Assembly: GCF_006345805.1 (NCBI RefSeq)
Contig: NC_042998.1
Coordinates: 4,216,001 to 4,280,000 of the forward strand
DNA from: Octopus sinensis
Lineage: Eukaryota
Length of the DNA stretch: 64,000 nucleotides
Reading direction: 5' to 3'
The first letter of the stretch is position 1, and each line of letters starts with the position of its first letter. The notes under the pieces were generated by a model. The model had not been told where the DNA came from, did not search any database, and saw only the letters and a list, made by a program, of their open reading frames with translations. The position numbers were made by a program, and so were the translations under genes. This document shows, in pieces, positions 1-11,539 of this stretch.

Positions 1-358
1 GAGGAGCATTTTAATATTTGCGTGTAGGTGACATAATATTATATTTCGCAATAGGTCCCATGCAAATGTATTTTGAGTGTCTCTGAACTTATATTTTATG
101 CAATCACATTTTGAACTAACTGGAAAAGATTCAAGTATGTATATACGCTTCCTAGAGATTGTTTAGGATATAATTTTACATAGGAAAATGTATTGCCATT
201 CATATGAGACGATATTATATCTCACACGCTATTACATAGTGACTAAGTGAATATGTTTCATCATATGGCTTCAGAAGGATAAGATCGATATTTAAATACC
301 GATCTTATCAGGTGGCCAGCAAGGGAATAAAAACCTTTCAAAGGTAATAACTATTTAA

Positions 359-668
359 AATTATAATTTACGGTATCTAAAAGATACCACCACGTTTGAA
401 ATAGCAGTCAAAACCTGACTCTAAAACCACATTAAATGTTCATACAGCACCAGGAGAGAAAACAAAAAGATAAAATAAATTAGCAAACAAATTACTAGAT
501 AATTCCAGATCCCGGATTTCTGGCTTTGCATAATAAATTCTTTCTTTGCCTTCATCAGTGGAATACACTGATATTGTTGCTGTATGAACATTTAATGTGG
601 TTTTAGAGTCAGGTTTTGACTGCTATTTCACGCGTGGTGGTATCACTTAGATACCCTAAATTATAATT
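359..668. repeat. Foldback element: two ~90-bp inverted arms (359-449 and 578-668) around a ~128-bp spacer
   Basis: Left arm AATTATAATTTACGGTATCTAAAAGATACCACCACGTTTGAAATAGCAGTCAAAACCTGACTCTAAAACCACATTAAATGTTCATACAGCA is the near-perfect reverse complement of 578-668. Confidence 0.9.
502..564 (-). ncRNA. Minimal type-I hammerhead ribozyme motif in the spacer of the foldback element
   Basis: Minus strand reads ATTCCA-CTGATGA-A-GGC...GCC-A-GAAA-TCCGGGATC/TGGAAT: 6-bp perfect stem I, conserved CUGAUGA and GAAA, 3-bp stem III, AUC cleavage triplet. Stem II is only 3 bp with an A-A closing mismatch. Confidence 0.6.
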
Positions 669-1517
669 ATATATATATATATATACTTGCATATACATAC
701 ATACAAACATATGTAAGCATGTTCGTCTATAGATATATGGTCAAGATGGATGTTTATATAGAGCTGAAATCCAATAAATTAAGCAAATCAATAGACTAAA
801 ATCTGTAAAAGAAAGAATATTGTGTAAAGTCATATACATAACCGCCTTTGAGTAAAATTATTGCTACCGAAATTAAAAGTTCAATAAAATAAGAACTGTT
901 AATATGGAGGATTTAGATCATTGGCTACATTAGACCCTGGGACACAGTCGCTTTATTTAATTGAATGAAGTCGTTATTGACAAGCAAGTCAATATTGATT
1001 TTAAGTAGGAAAGACTATAAATGTTTCTGTGCCATTCGAAATCAAGTTACGATGCTCCCATAAAAAGTTACGCGTACAACACATTCTTATTTCATCAAAT
1101 CCATAATTATTTTAAAGCGAAAGTACAACTCTGTAAGACAAAACAACATTATTGCTGGAAAAAGGGAGTGACATTAGATTATTGTATAGTGCCAGACAAT
1201 TATTGAGGTCATCATTAATTTTCTCGTGGAGAATGGACATTGTACCTTAGAAAGATTTATTAAAACAAAAGCTGGTGTAATTCAATTAAATTGTCTTAGA
1301 TGCAAAAAAAACCCAGTCATTTGATCTTAGAGGCATTTTATTGAAATATACGCTGTCAAAGAAAAGAGACTAAGTTATGTATATACTTAGGATTTTCTGA
1401 GATACATAAACTCATAAAACATATTATATGCATACGTACATACATAATACATACATACGTACATACATACATATATCTATACACGCACACAGACACATAT
1501 ATGTATGTATATTCATA

Positions 1518-1558
<41 letters not shown>

Positions 1559-1562
1559 TATA

Positions 1563-1597
<35 letters not shown>

Positions 1598-1601
<4 letters not shown>

Positions 1602-1991
1602 TGTACATATATATGTATATACATATACTGTATACTATATATATCTGTATAAATATATAGCTTAGAATTATCTGATTATGTATATCAACACAAACGGAAA
1701 AATCTGAACTATGAGACAAATTTAATCGATTTATTCATTACTGCATAACTGACCTTTTACTCGGATTTTCAATAAAATATTTTCACATAAACTAACTGAA
1801 TCTCTCATATTTCGACTCCTTTTTTCCGTCTTTCATTACATATTATATATATATATAATATATATATATATATATGTATATATATGTGTGAATATATATA
1901 TATATATATATATACATATATATACATATTTATATATGTATGTATGCATGTACGCGTATACAAGTATATATATATATATATATAGATATAT

Positions 1992-2041
<50 letters not shown>

Positions 2042-2283
2042 TGTACATATATATGTATATACATATACTGTATACTATATATATCTGTATAAATATATAG
2101 CTTAGAATTATCTGATTATGTATATCAACACAAACGGAAAAATCTGAACTATGAGACAAATTTAATCGATTTATTCATTACTGCATAACTGACCTTTTAC
2201 TCGGATTTTCAATAAAATATTTTCACATAAACTAACTGAATCTCTCATATTTCGACTCCTTTTTTCCGTCTTTCATTACATAT

Positions 2284-2314
<31 letters not shown>

Positions 2315-2426
2315 GTATATATATGTGTGAATATATATATATATATATTATATAATATATATATATATATATATATACATATATATACATATTTATATAT
2401 GTATGTATGCATGTACGCGTATACAA

Positions 2427-2460
<34 letters not shown>
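1598..2460. repeat. Tandem duplication with ~440-bp period, bounded by (TA)n tracts
   Basis: 1598-1845 and 2038-2285 appear identical. The following TA/TG-rich segment (1860-1980) is repeated at ~2300-2440. Confidence 0.9.
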
Positions 2461-2469
<9 letters not shown>

Positions 2470-2881
2470 TGTATGTACGAATGTGTGTGTGTGAGTGAGT
2501 GTACGTGTGTGCGTGCGCGCGTGAGTATGTGTATGTACAATAGTGAAATTAATTCATACACAAACACAGTCTTCAGACTAACAACTAAAAATAGTAGCAC
2601 GTCTCTACCAATATTCAGAATCAGCTCTAAAGCAATATATATCTTACAGCAAGTTTGCGAGAATATTTTTTCGCATAAAAGACTTGTGATTACAAAACCT
2701 ATTTTGTCTGTATTATTCATATTTCGAAATAACCTTTTTACCGAATAGTATTTCCATTAATATTCCCGATTCATAATAGTAGCCCAAGACCACAGATTTT
2801 AAGAGATTGTTGTTCTAAAAGTAAGCGTCATTATAACATTAAAGGGTACTTGTATCAAATTTTGAAGAATATATTGCCAAA

Positions 2882-3322
2882 GCGGATCTTTTCGGTTTGA
2901 ACGGCAGTTTTTAACATAATTTCTAGGTAACTAAAACATTTTAAACTTCGTATACTGGTAGAATGTGTTTATAAAACATCTTTTTCTCTTAGCTTTATTG
3001 AGAAAATTCTATAGTTTGTAAGATATTTGTTGTTTGTTTTCTTCAATTTCTGCAACTGTAACGAATCAGTGACGTCAATTGAGGTAAAAAACATTCTGTG
3101 CCGTATGAATATGTTCCTCGTTTAAGAAACAGATTGGGTTTATTTACATTTGTGAAGAAAAAAAGATACCCTTCCCCCACCCCTAACCCTAACCCTAACC
3201 TAAGTAAACCTAACCCTAAAAGAGATTGAAATGCAATAGATCGATTCTAGGGTCATAATTATGGGTGACAATTTCATATGACACCGCTAGAAAAAACTGC
3301 CGTTCAAACCGAAAAGATCCGC
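2882..3322. mobile_element. Non-autonomous TIR element (MITE-like) with internal telomere-type repeats
   Basis: 31-bp inverted termini GCGGATCTTTTCGGTTTGAACGGCAGTTTTT (2882-2912) and AAAAACTGCCGTTCAAACCGAAAAGATCCGC (3292-3322). CAAA on both flanks is a possible TSD. Confidence 0.75.
3181..3218 (-). repeat. Interstitial (TTAGGG)n-like tract
   Basis: CCCTAACCCTAACCCTAACCTAAGTAAACCTAACCCTAA. Confidence 0.85.
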
Positions 3323-4456
3323 CAAAGCAATCGTGGCAATCAAATACAAGAGGTGCAACTCAACAAAGCAGACATATGTTCTCATAGTCTACGGATTCTA
3401 TCATCCACATCAATAATCGTTGTTTTTAGTAATATAATAATGCAAGAGCGTTCGGCATTTCCCAACCTTCCTAGACGGTTTCTCATTGTTTGTTTTGAAG
3501 ATTATGTCCACAAAGCTTATGTACCATGGGCAAGAATCGCGGACATATCTGCAATAGTTTCCCTGCAATACCCACCGACATCATATATCGCATCCAAATG
3601 AAGACGATACAAATGACCCGAAAAACTTCAATTAGAAATATAACTTTACTAGTCACTCTTAGTTGTGATAACTCTTCACTCTGTCTTTAGTACGACAGTG
3701 GCGTCTTCTTTTACGGAAGCATAAGTTACATACGTCGCCAAATACGCCAACATAACACACGAACCTCGTCCTATCATAATCTCGAATAATTCCACTATAT
3801 ACCCTTAATAAGTGTTACACACTCCTCCACCGCTGGAATAATGTCACCTAGTAGCGCAGGTGCAACCCTCTTATTCAGGTTTTACTGTAAAAATATTTAA
3901 ATTACACATTTACACCCCAAAAATTAACAATATCATTTGTTAGATGGAAAGCAGTTCTCCCAGTAATGTGATCTCAATTTAGCTAGTATACATACTACTA
4001 GGTACTAAGTTGTTTTGTGATAATCAGTTGAAAACTAGGATTAATAAGTTTGGCATATCTTACCTATTTGACATGGTGTCAAAGGCACTCGAAGCCTTTG
4101 ATTTTTTTCTCTTTTTCATGGCAAACTTATCTCAATTTTAAGCTTTTAGCATACTAAATGTTGAAGCAGACCATTGCACTGTTCCTTAAGTTTTAAGGTT
4201 TACTCGTTGTGCAAGGCAGTTAATAGAGCAGTATTAGGTTTCATTGATTGAATACGAAATCTGAGTAGAATAGAGTCCATCATTGACTGATATATATTTC
4301 GAACAACTCTTACGTTAGTCGATATATGCCATATTTATAACCACAAATAAAATTAAAATTAATAATAATCAAAAGTAAAAATTATAAATATGCTGAAGGA
4401 AATATAAATATTTAAGATATATATATCTCATATTATATATATCTCATATTATATAT

Positions 4457-4808
4457 GGTGGTGGTGACCCCATTCGGTCAGACACTGACCATAGGTTTGC
4501 ACCTAGAGAGTTACCCTCTGAGGCACAAGTCTGGGCAAGGTTGTTTTTTTTTTTATTGAAGACCAGCAGTCGCCCATGCATACCGGCCTCCTCTATCCAC
4601 GTCACCGATGTTGTCCAAAGGAAAGGCAAGGGCCGATACAGCTTGGCACCGGTGACGTCGCAACTCATTTCTACAGCTGAGTGAACTGAAGCAACGTGAA
4701 ATAAAGTGTCTTGCTCAAGAACACAACACGCAGCCCGGTCCGGGATTCGAGCTCACAACCCCCCGATCGTAAGCTCGACGCTCTAACCACTGAGCCACGC
4801 GCCTTCAC
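4457..4808 (-). mobile_element. tRNA-derived SINE (family A)
   Basis: Minus-strand head GTGAAGGCGCGTGGCTCAGTGGTTAGAGCG...GCTCGAATCCC carries A/B boxes. Central TGTGTTCTTGAGCAAGACACTTTATTTCAC is shared with 9311 and 48905. ATATTATATAT flanks both ends. Confidence 0.85.
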
Positions 4809-5643
4809 ATATTATATATATCTCATATAATATATATCTCATATTATATATATCTCATATTATATATATCTCATATTTATCATTAGCATGGAATAACATT
4901 TTGTTTCAATAACGTCTCGTTTTACAGCCATTTATACATGCATTTCTTTCCTTAATGAAATTGTAATTACTCAGCACACCAGCTTCATATTACCCCTCAA
5001 TACAACGCTTATAATCACCAGTGTTTTTATAGTTTGGCCCCCTTACTAAGTGCATAACAGGAATGAAATAGATAATTTTATTTTTATAAGTGAAGAAAAA
5101 ATATGAATATAAATACTCAAAGTAATAAAATAATGAAAACAAATAGATATCATTAATAAGACATTATAACAAATGATTCATCATAAGGAACTAAAATAAT
5201 AAATAATAGCGCCAGCATGCCATGCGGAGTGTATTGTTAGAAACAAAGCCGGGATGTTTCTGATTTATTCTAAGAAAAATATGGTCATGCCACTCTGGAC
5301 AGTGCTAAGCGGATGGGCTTGTGTGAGACTGCTGGTTGTTATCGGTACGGAAGATACGCATCGCTGGGGCGTGCTCCGGCAGTATGGAAGGCGTCATCTG
5401 TAAAGTATTCCTGACGACTTAAGGGAGCACTTAATGTGTATCATTGACGATGCATTAAAGCAACAATAGAGAAAATATCAGCACAATGAAAACCTTTGCT
5501 AAATTGCGACCAATTAGTTTTCAAAGGGAAAAAAATAAAGGATTTTATAGGATGATAAAAAAGGAGAGATGATCCCCAGACATCGTAAAGGTGGTAATGA
5601 CTGTTGGGTACGGATAGATTTGAAAGAAGTATTCCTTCGACAA

Positions 5644-6050
5644 ATTTAATTCTTTATTGCCCACAAGGGGCTAAACATAGAGGGGACAAACAAGGACAGA
5701 TAAAGGGTTTACATCGACCTCAATGCTTAACTGCTACTTATTTAATCGACCCCTAAAAGATGCAAGGCAAAGTCGACTTTGGCAGAATTTGAACTCAGAA
5801 TTTAACGGCAGATGAAATACCTATTTCTTTACTACCCACAAGGGGCTAAACACAGAGAGGACAAACAAGTCAGACAAACGGATTAAGTCGATTATATCGA
5901 CCCCAGTGCGTAACCGGTACTTATTTAATCGACCCCGGAAGGAGGAAAGGCAAAGTCGACCTCGGCGGAATTTGAACTCAGAACGTAGCGGCAGACGGAA
6001 TACCTTAAGTATTTCGCCCGGCGTGCTAACGTTTCTGCCAGCTCTCCGTC
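5644..6050 (-). mobile_element. Two tandem copies of a CORE-type tRNA SINE (partial plus near-full)
   Basis: Repeated CCCACAAGGGGCTAAACA...ATCGACCCC...GGCAAAGTCGAC...GGAATTTGAACTCAGAA. Same family at 8675, 16772, 28705, 33731, 34480 and 42442. Confidence 0.85.
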
Positions 6051-7270
6051 TTATTTTTTAAGTTTTTATTTATCTTTTTCGTGTCATATTGCAGTAAAAA
6101 TAAACGTGATAGAAAGGAAATGTTTGCTGAGTTAAAGCTGCAATCGGAGCAAAATATGGAGAGGGTATGTGAAATGAGGAGACTGGAATGTAGAGGTCTT
6201 AAGGATTCTTGTGGGAATGTTGTTGTGAAACAACAAATCTAGTGCTTAGATATGGAGGGGCTACAAGAGGACGTAGTTTGGTGCGGTGATAGCTTGAATA
6301 ATGGCAGTAAAAGACTTACTAAGAAAGACATGGAGAAACCTTGATAGTATTAATGTTGCTACCCGGAGATAGCACCACTGGAGAAACCGAAATTTTCGGA
6401 AGGTAACGAAAGAATTTTAATCTCCAGCCAACTGATGAAATGTGTACGACACTGCAAGCTCTACGTAAAATATAAAAATACAAAAACAGAACAACAAACA
6501 TAAATCATATTAAAATGTTTCGTTAATTATTTGACTTAATTACGTGCATGAAAATAAAAATACAAAGTGTTTAACATAACTTACATTAATATTAAAATTG
6601 AAGAAAAAATTAAGCATTATGAAAATATATTTAAAAATGAAAAAGAACTGATGCTATGAATGTTCATATTAATCCCGAAATTTTTAAAGAAAATATAAAA
6701 TAAATCAACTAACAATAATAAATGATCAATGAAAATAATAAATAAATAAGCAATTATATCATTATAAATTTTTTAGATAGTACTTAGGCTATCATGTTTC
6801 AAATAATTGCCCGGCCTTTTACAAGAGGAATTGCATGTTAACACTGTTTGATGAGAAAAAAGAAAAAAGAAAAATCACATGAAATATTTATGCATATCCT
6901 ATTTGGCTTGAAAAGTACCCCAGGAAAACAAATATATAATTATATAAATAATGAAATAAATAAATATAAAGTATACACAAGAAAGGAAGTGGAAGGATTC
7001 CATACGAACAACCTTATTTAAATATTCATCAGATTATCAGTTTAACATCCGTAAATTAGTTTTGTACATGCACGTGAATAATTATACAGAGAAGAAATGA
7101 ACATGCTTAGATATCGAGGTGAATGCACTGGAATGCGGGAGCAATATGTTATCAAAAGTATGGAATTTGTTGAAATTATTTCATTTAATACATCATCTGT
7201 AAACGCAATAAAGAAATGGAATAAATAACAGGTTTATTATCTACCTGTTGTAAGTGTAATGAAGTCATAT

Positions 7271-7696
7271 GTTAATTAATTTTTTGGTTCAAAAAGCAAA
7301 AAGCAAGGCCATGTAGGGGGACATGGAGTTATGTACAGAGTGGTGTTCATGTAAAGAGTTCAGGCCACTTGTGGTCAAGGGAGACTTTGAACCGAGCGGT
7401 CGTCGGCATCTTTACCATCTCGTCCGGCAGCTTATTCCACGGATCCGCGACCCGGACGGAGAAAGCTCCTCTCCTTCGATTGAGATGAAATCGTCGCAGA
7501 TAGAGCTTTTCGGAGTGACCCCGCAGCCGACGCTCTGGAGCAGGAGTGAAGAACAGCTCTTTCGAGAGGTTACACTTTCCGCTTATGATGTTGTGAGCAA
7601 GAATGAGATGACCACGGCGTCGTCGTTTTTCTAGAGAATAAAGGTTGAGCGTCTTCAGCCTTTCTTCATACGACAAATTCTTGAGACCAAGAACCC
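7271..7696 (-). mobile_element. 3'-terminal fragment of the CR1/Jockey-like LINE seen at 35992-37890
   Basis: ORF 7347-7676 (SYEERLKTLNLYSLEKRRRRG...WPELFT) is nearly identical to the C-terminus of the 599-aa ORF, and the 3' UTR is shared. Confidence 0.92.
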
Positions 7697-8183
7697 GTCA
7701 TCACTGAATTATTTGCTGCTTCACTTTCTTCCTATCATTATCAGGATCTTCGTCGATTCTTATAATCCAGCAAATATTTTCTTGAATAAATATAGTTCGT
7801 CCATCGCGAAGCAGTACTTGGAACAGAAGGTAAAATCTGAATAACAGCGTTATATCTTTGTTGCTGTTATTGATGCTGCTGTTTCCGTTACAACTGTTGT
7901 TGTTGTTGTTGTTTTGTACCAGGTTAGCTGTCATCGAGCTGACTTACGATAAAAGGAAGTCATAGCCATTTTGTAAATCTAAGTCTATATTGGTCAATAT
8001 CCCCAATATTATTTAAGATACCATGGAATGATTCTCGCTGCTATTTTAAACAATTCGGGCGATGTGTTTGAATACTTCTTGCAAGGTATTTTATGCGGAA
8101 GAGGCTTTGTAAAAGAAGGCTTGGGAAGTGCAACAGTTTCCACACCGGAAGGAAATATTTCACAAGACATTTCTAAATATAGT

Positions 8184-8425
8184 ATGTCTGTTCCTTCTCG
8201 AGTCATGCCTGGCTCGTGAGGGCCGGTTTCCGGTCCGTCGCAGATGAGCTGCAAGAGGAAAGAGTTAGAGAAAGTTGTGGCGAACGGGTCAGCAGAAGTT
8301 CGCCATTACCTTCTGCCGGAGCTGTGTTTCGCTAATAAAAACACACTTCGCCCGGTCTGAGATTCGAACACGCGATCCCATGACCGCGAGTCTGCTGCTC
8401 TAATAACTAGGCCATGTGCCTCCAC
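8184..8425 (-). mobile_element. tRNA-derived SINE (family C), internally shortened, with 12-bp TSD
   Basis: TCTAAATATAGT at 8172-8183 and 8426-8437. Head GTGGAGGCACATGGCCTAG...GTTCGAATC. Homologous to 42132-42441. Confidence 0.85.
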
Positions 8426-8674
8426 TCTAAATATAGTGAAATCAGTAAAATCATTCGAGTCTCGAATATAAAAGAGCGTATGGTGTTTGGTTACACCCCT
8501 TTATTTTCAGGGCTCAAATCATGCCACGTCGACTTAGTTTCTCGTCTTTCTGAAAGAGATAAAACTATTGTTGTAAATAATACCAATTATTTCCTTGAAG
8601 ATAATGCTCCACCACGACCAGACAATGGCAAATGATGACAGAAACAAATATATATCAATATATGAATTCTATTA

Positions 8675-8888
8675 AGGAGCTAGCCTGGCAGAATCGTTAG
8701 CCCGCCAGGGAAAATGCTTAGTGGCATTTCGTCCGTCTTTACGTTCTGGGTTTAAATTCCGCCGAGGTTCACTTTGGCCTTCATCCTTTTGGAATTGATA
8801 AAATAAGTACCAGTTCAGTACTGATGTTTGATGTAACCGACTTACACCCTCTTCCGAACTTGCCGGCATTGTGTCAAAACTTGAAACC
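8675..8888 (+). mobile_element. CORE-type tRNA SINE
   Basis: CTGGCAGAATCGTTAGC...AAATTCCGCCGAGG...GATAAAATAAGTACCAG...TTGAAACC. Confidence 0.8.
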
Positions 8889-9310
8889 ATCATATTATTT
8901 CTATACATTATACAACACATATAAATATCTTTATCTTTCACCGTTTATGATACAATTATTGGACAGTAGCCATGCTGGGGTACCGCTTTGAAAGGTTTTA
9001 ATCGAACGAATCGATCCCAGTACTTATTCTTTTTTAAAAATCTGATACTTATTCTATCGGGTTTCTTTTACCAAATCGTATACACACATAGATGTATACA
9101 TATATATGCGACGATGTTCTTTCAGTTTCTCTCCACCAAATACGCACAAGACTTTTGTCCTTCTGGGGCTATAGTAGGAAACGCCCAAAGTGCCGCAATA
9201 TGTGATTGAGCCCCATACGTACATTTCAGGTTTGCGTAAAATATAATACAAAATGCATGCGTTACGTAAGACTTTCCTCAATTAAACGGATATATATATA
9301 TATATATATA

Positions 9311-9612
9311 TGAAGGCGTGTGGCTTAGTGGTTAGTGCAATCGGCTCATGATCATAAGCTCATTTCCCGGCGATGCATTGTGTCCTTGAACAAGACACTT
9401 TATTTCACATTGCTCCAGTCCACTCAACTGGCAAAAATGAGTAGTATCTGTATTTCACTTTGTGTCTTGCTGAATCTCCCTGAGAAGTACGTTAAGAGTA
9501 GACGTGTCTATGCAGTACTCAGCTACTTGCACGTTAACTTCACGAGCTAGCTGTTCCGTTGATCGTATCAGCTGGGACCCTCGTCGTCGTAACCGACGGA
9601 GTGCTCCTTCTA
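9311..9612 (+). mobile_element. tRNA-derived SINE (family A-related) inside a (TA)n tract
   Basis: GAAGGCGTGTGGCTTAGTGGTTAG head and TGTGTCCTTGAACAAGACACTTTATTTCAC central domain. Confidence 0.8.
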
Positions 9613-9698
<86 letters not shown>

Positions 9699-10114
9699 AC
9701 ATTTTATACTCAAACAGTTGAGTGTTACACTATCTGTTTATACCGTATCTTAAAAATCTTCCAGTATTATAGTTCTTGAGGACAGCCGTTATTGATCAAG
9801 TGTTAGCAACCTTTACAAGCATTTCTTGTGAAAATGTTCATACTGAACACGAATTCTGAAGTGAAGTTTCGTTAAAAAAAGCATATTTTTTATTTTCTAA
9901 TTCTAGTATCCAGTTTAATATTTTAAGGAATTATGATTTTGCGATATACTGCAATGCAGCAATTATTAATGTAAATGTGTAGATAAGCATAAACAACGCT
10001 GAAACTATTATTATTATAAGCACAGATATACTCAATTAATTCACAATTAGCAAAACCAAAACACTTTCCATCTTTATCTCTCTCTCCCTCTGTCCCTCTG
10101 TGTATATATATATA

Positions 10115-10153
<39 letters not shown>

Positions 10154-11059
10154 CATACATACACATATATATATTATATATATATATGTATATTATATAT
10201 ATATATATTTTTTTTTATATTTATATATATATATGTATATTTATATATATATGTGTTCACATTTAAATATCATATTCATTTATTCACTTACATTATAATT
10301 AACAAACTATTGCATTTTTTCTTATTTCCACTTGTATGCATATTGTCTTTCAACTCTCTCTATCTGTCTACCCATCTGTCTATAATTTTGTTTCTTTCTT
10401 GCTCATAGAGTATTTTGCGTTGTTACATTGTCGACTACAAATTTTCCAGCGTGGAGAAAAACAATACGAAATAGATTTGATCAAAGTGTGAGCATAATGA
10501 AAAATTATTATCATTTAGTTTATAAAATCCTATTTATAGATGAATAAGAATTTAAAAGCAACAAAAATGTTGCTGCGTATATTTGGAATCCATTGCTTTT
10601 ATGTAGTAATTGTAGATTTTAATTATTATAACTTATCATAATTTCTTGCTTCAAGCAATAAATCATATGCTGGAAAACCCATTTAGAGAGATATAAAAAA
10701 ATATGAAATAAATATTAAAAGGACATAAATGAAAAGTTATCAATATGAAAATGCATTTTATATCACCTTAAACATATGAAATATCTAAATAGTATTCATA
10801 TTAAGTTTTCAAATTTAATCCTTGCCTGAAGATTGAAATAAAAATGAATGCAAAAATGTAATAATTAAAATCTCATTGAAGAGAAATATTCAGCACTTCA
10901 CAAAATCATGTATTTAGCTGTGTACATAAGCAAATAAGAATCTATATGCACATATACTTACCTACTTATACCTACAAACATACGCACACACAGTTACATA
11001 CACGCATATTTATCTCATACGCATTTTAAAATGTTACGAAACTTACAGTTATTATAGAT

Positions 11060-11076
11060 ATTTCTATCTATCTGTC

Positions 11077-11135
<59 letters not shown>

Positions 11136-11141
11136 TTATAT

Positions 11142-11238
<97 letters not shown>
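11060..11238. repeat. (TCTA)n tetranucleotide microsatellite
   Basis: Direct reading. Confidence 0.95.
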
Positions 11239-11539
11239 ATGCACACATACATACGTAGATATATATTTGTTATGTGTCTCTATATAAAAGAAGCGGTGGT
11301 TCACAATTTAAAACAACATATTCTTCCACGTGGAAGAATATTTACTCATTTATATAATCACGGCTCTTACAAGATTTGTAGTATTTCTTTCTCTTTAGGA
11401 TTCTATAGAGAGAGATAACTCGACTAGATTTATAAGGAATTTTGTGTTAAACAAACATATATACACGCATATACTGTGTGTGTGAAAGCCTATATATAGA
11501 TGTACGTTTACACACACAGTTGTTCTTTTATTTTGTGTT

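Noticed and set aside
1424-2748. Many 60-145 aa ORFs rich in Y/I/C/V/H (also at 9504, 10100, 16648-17257, 19548-19884, 39307-39721, 57127-57608, 58832-59113)
   Set aside because: Translation artefacts of (TA)n and (CA)n microsatellites, which lack stops in some frames.
3278-3884. 107-aa ORF and a strong minus-strand acceptor at 3885
   Set aside because: ORF starts within a TIR and has no recognisable motif; all three frames after the acceptor stop within a few codons.
4730-4808. tRNA-like sequences here and at other SINE heads
   Set aside because: A/B boxes present but no complete cloverleaf; they are SINE heads, not tRNA genes.
8490-8549. Minus-strand acceptor followed by RRETKSTWHDLSPENKGV*
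   Set aside because: No good donor and no phase-compatible upstream exon; too weak to call.
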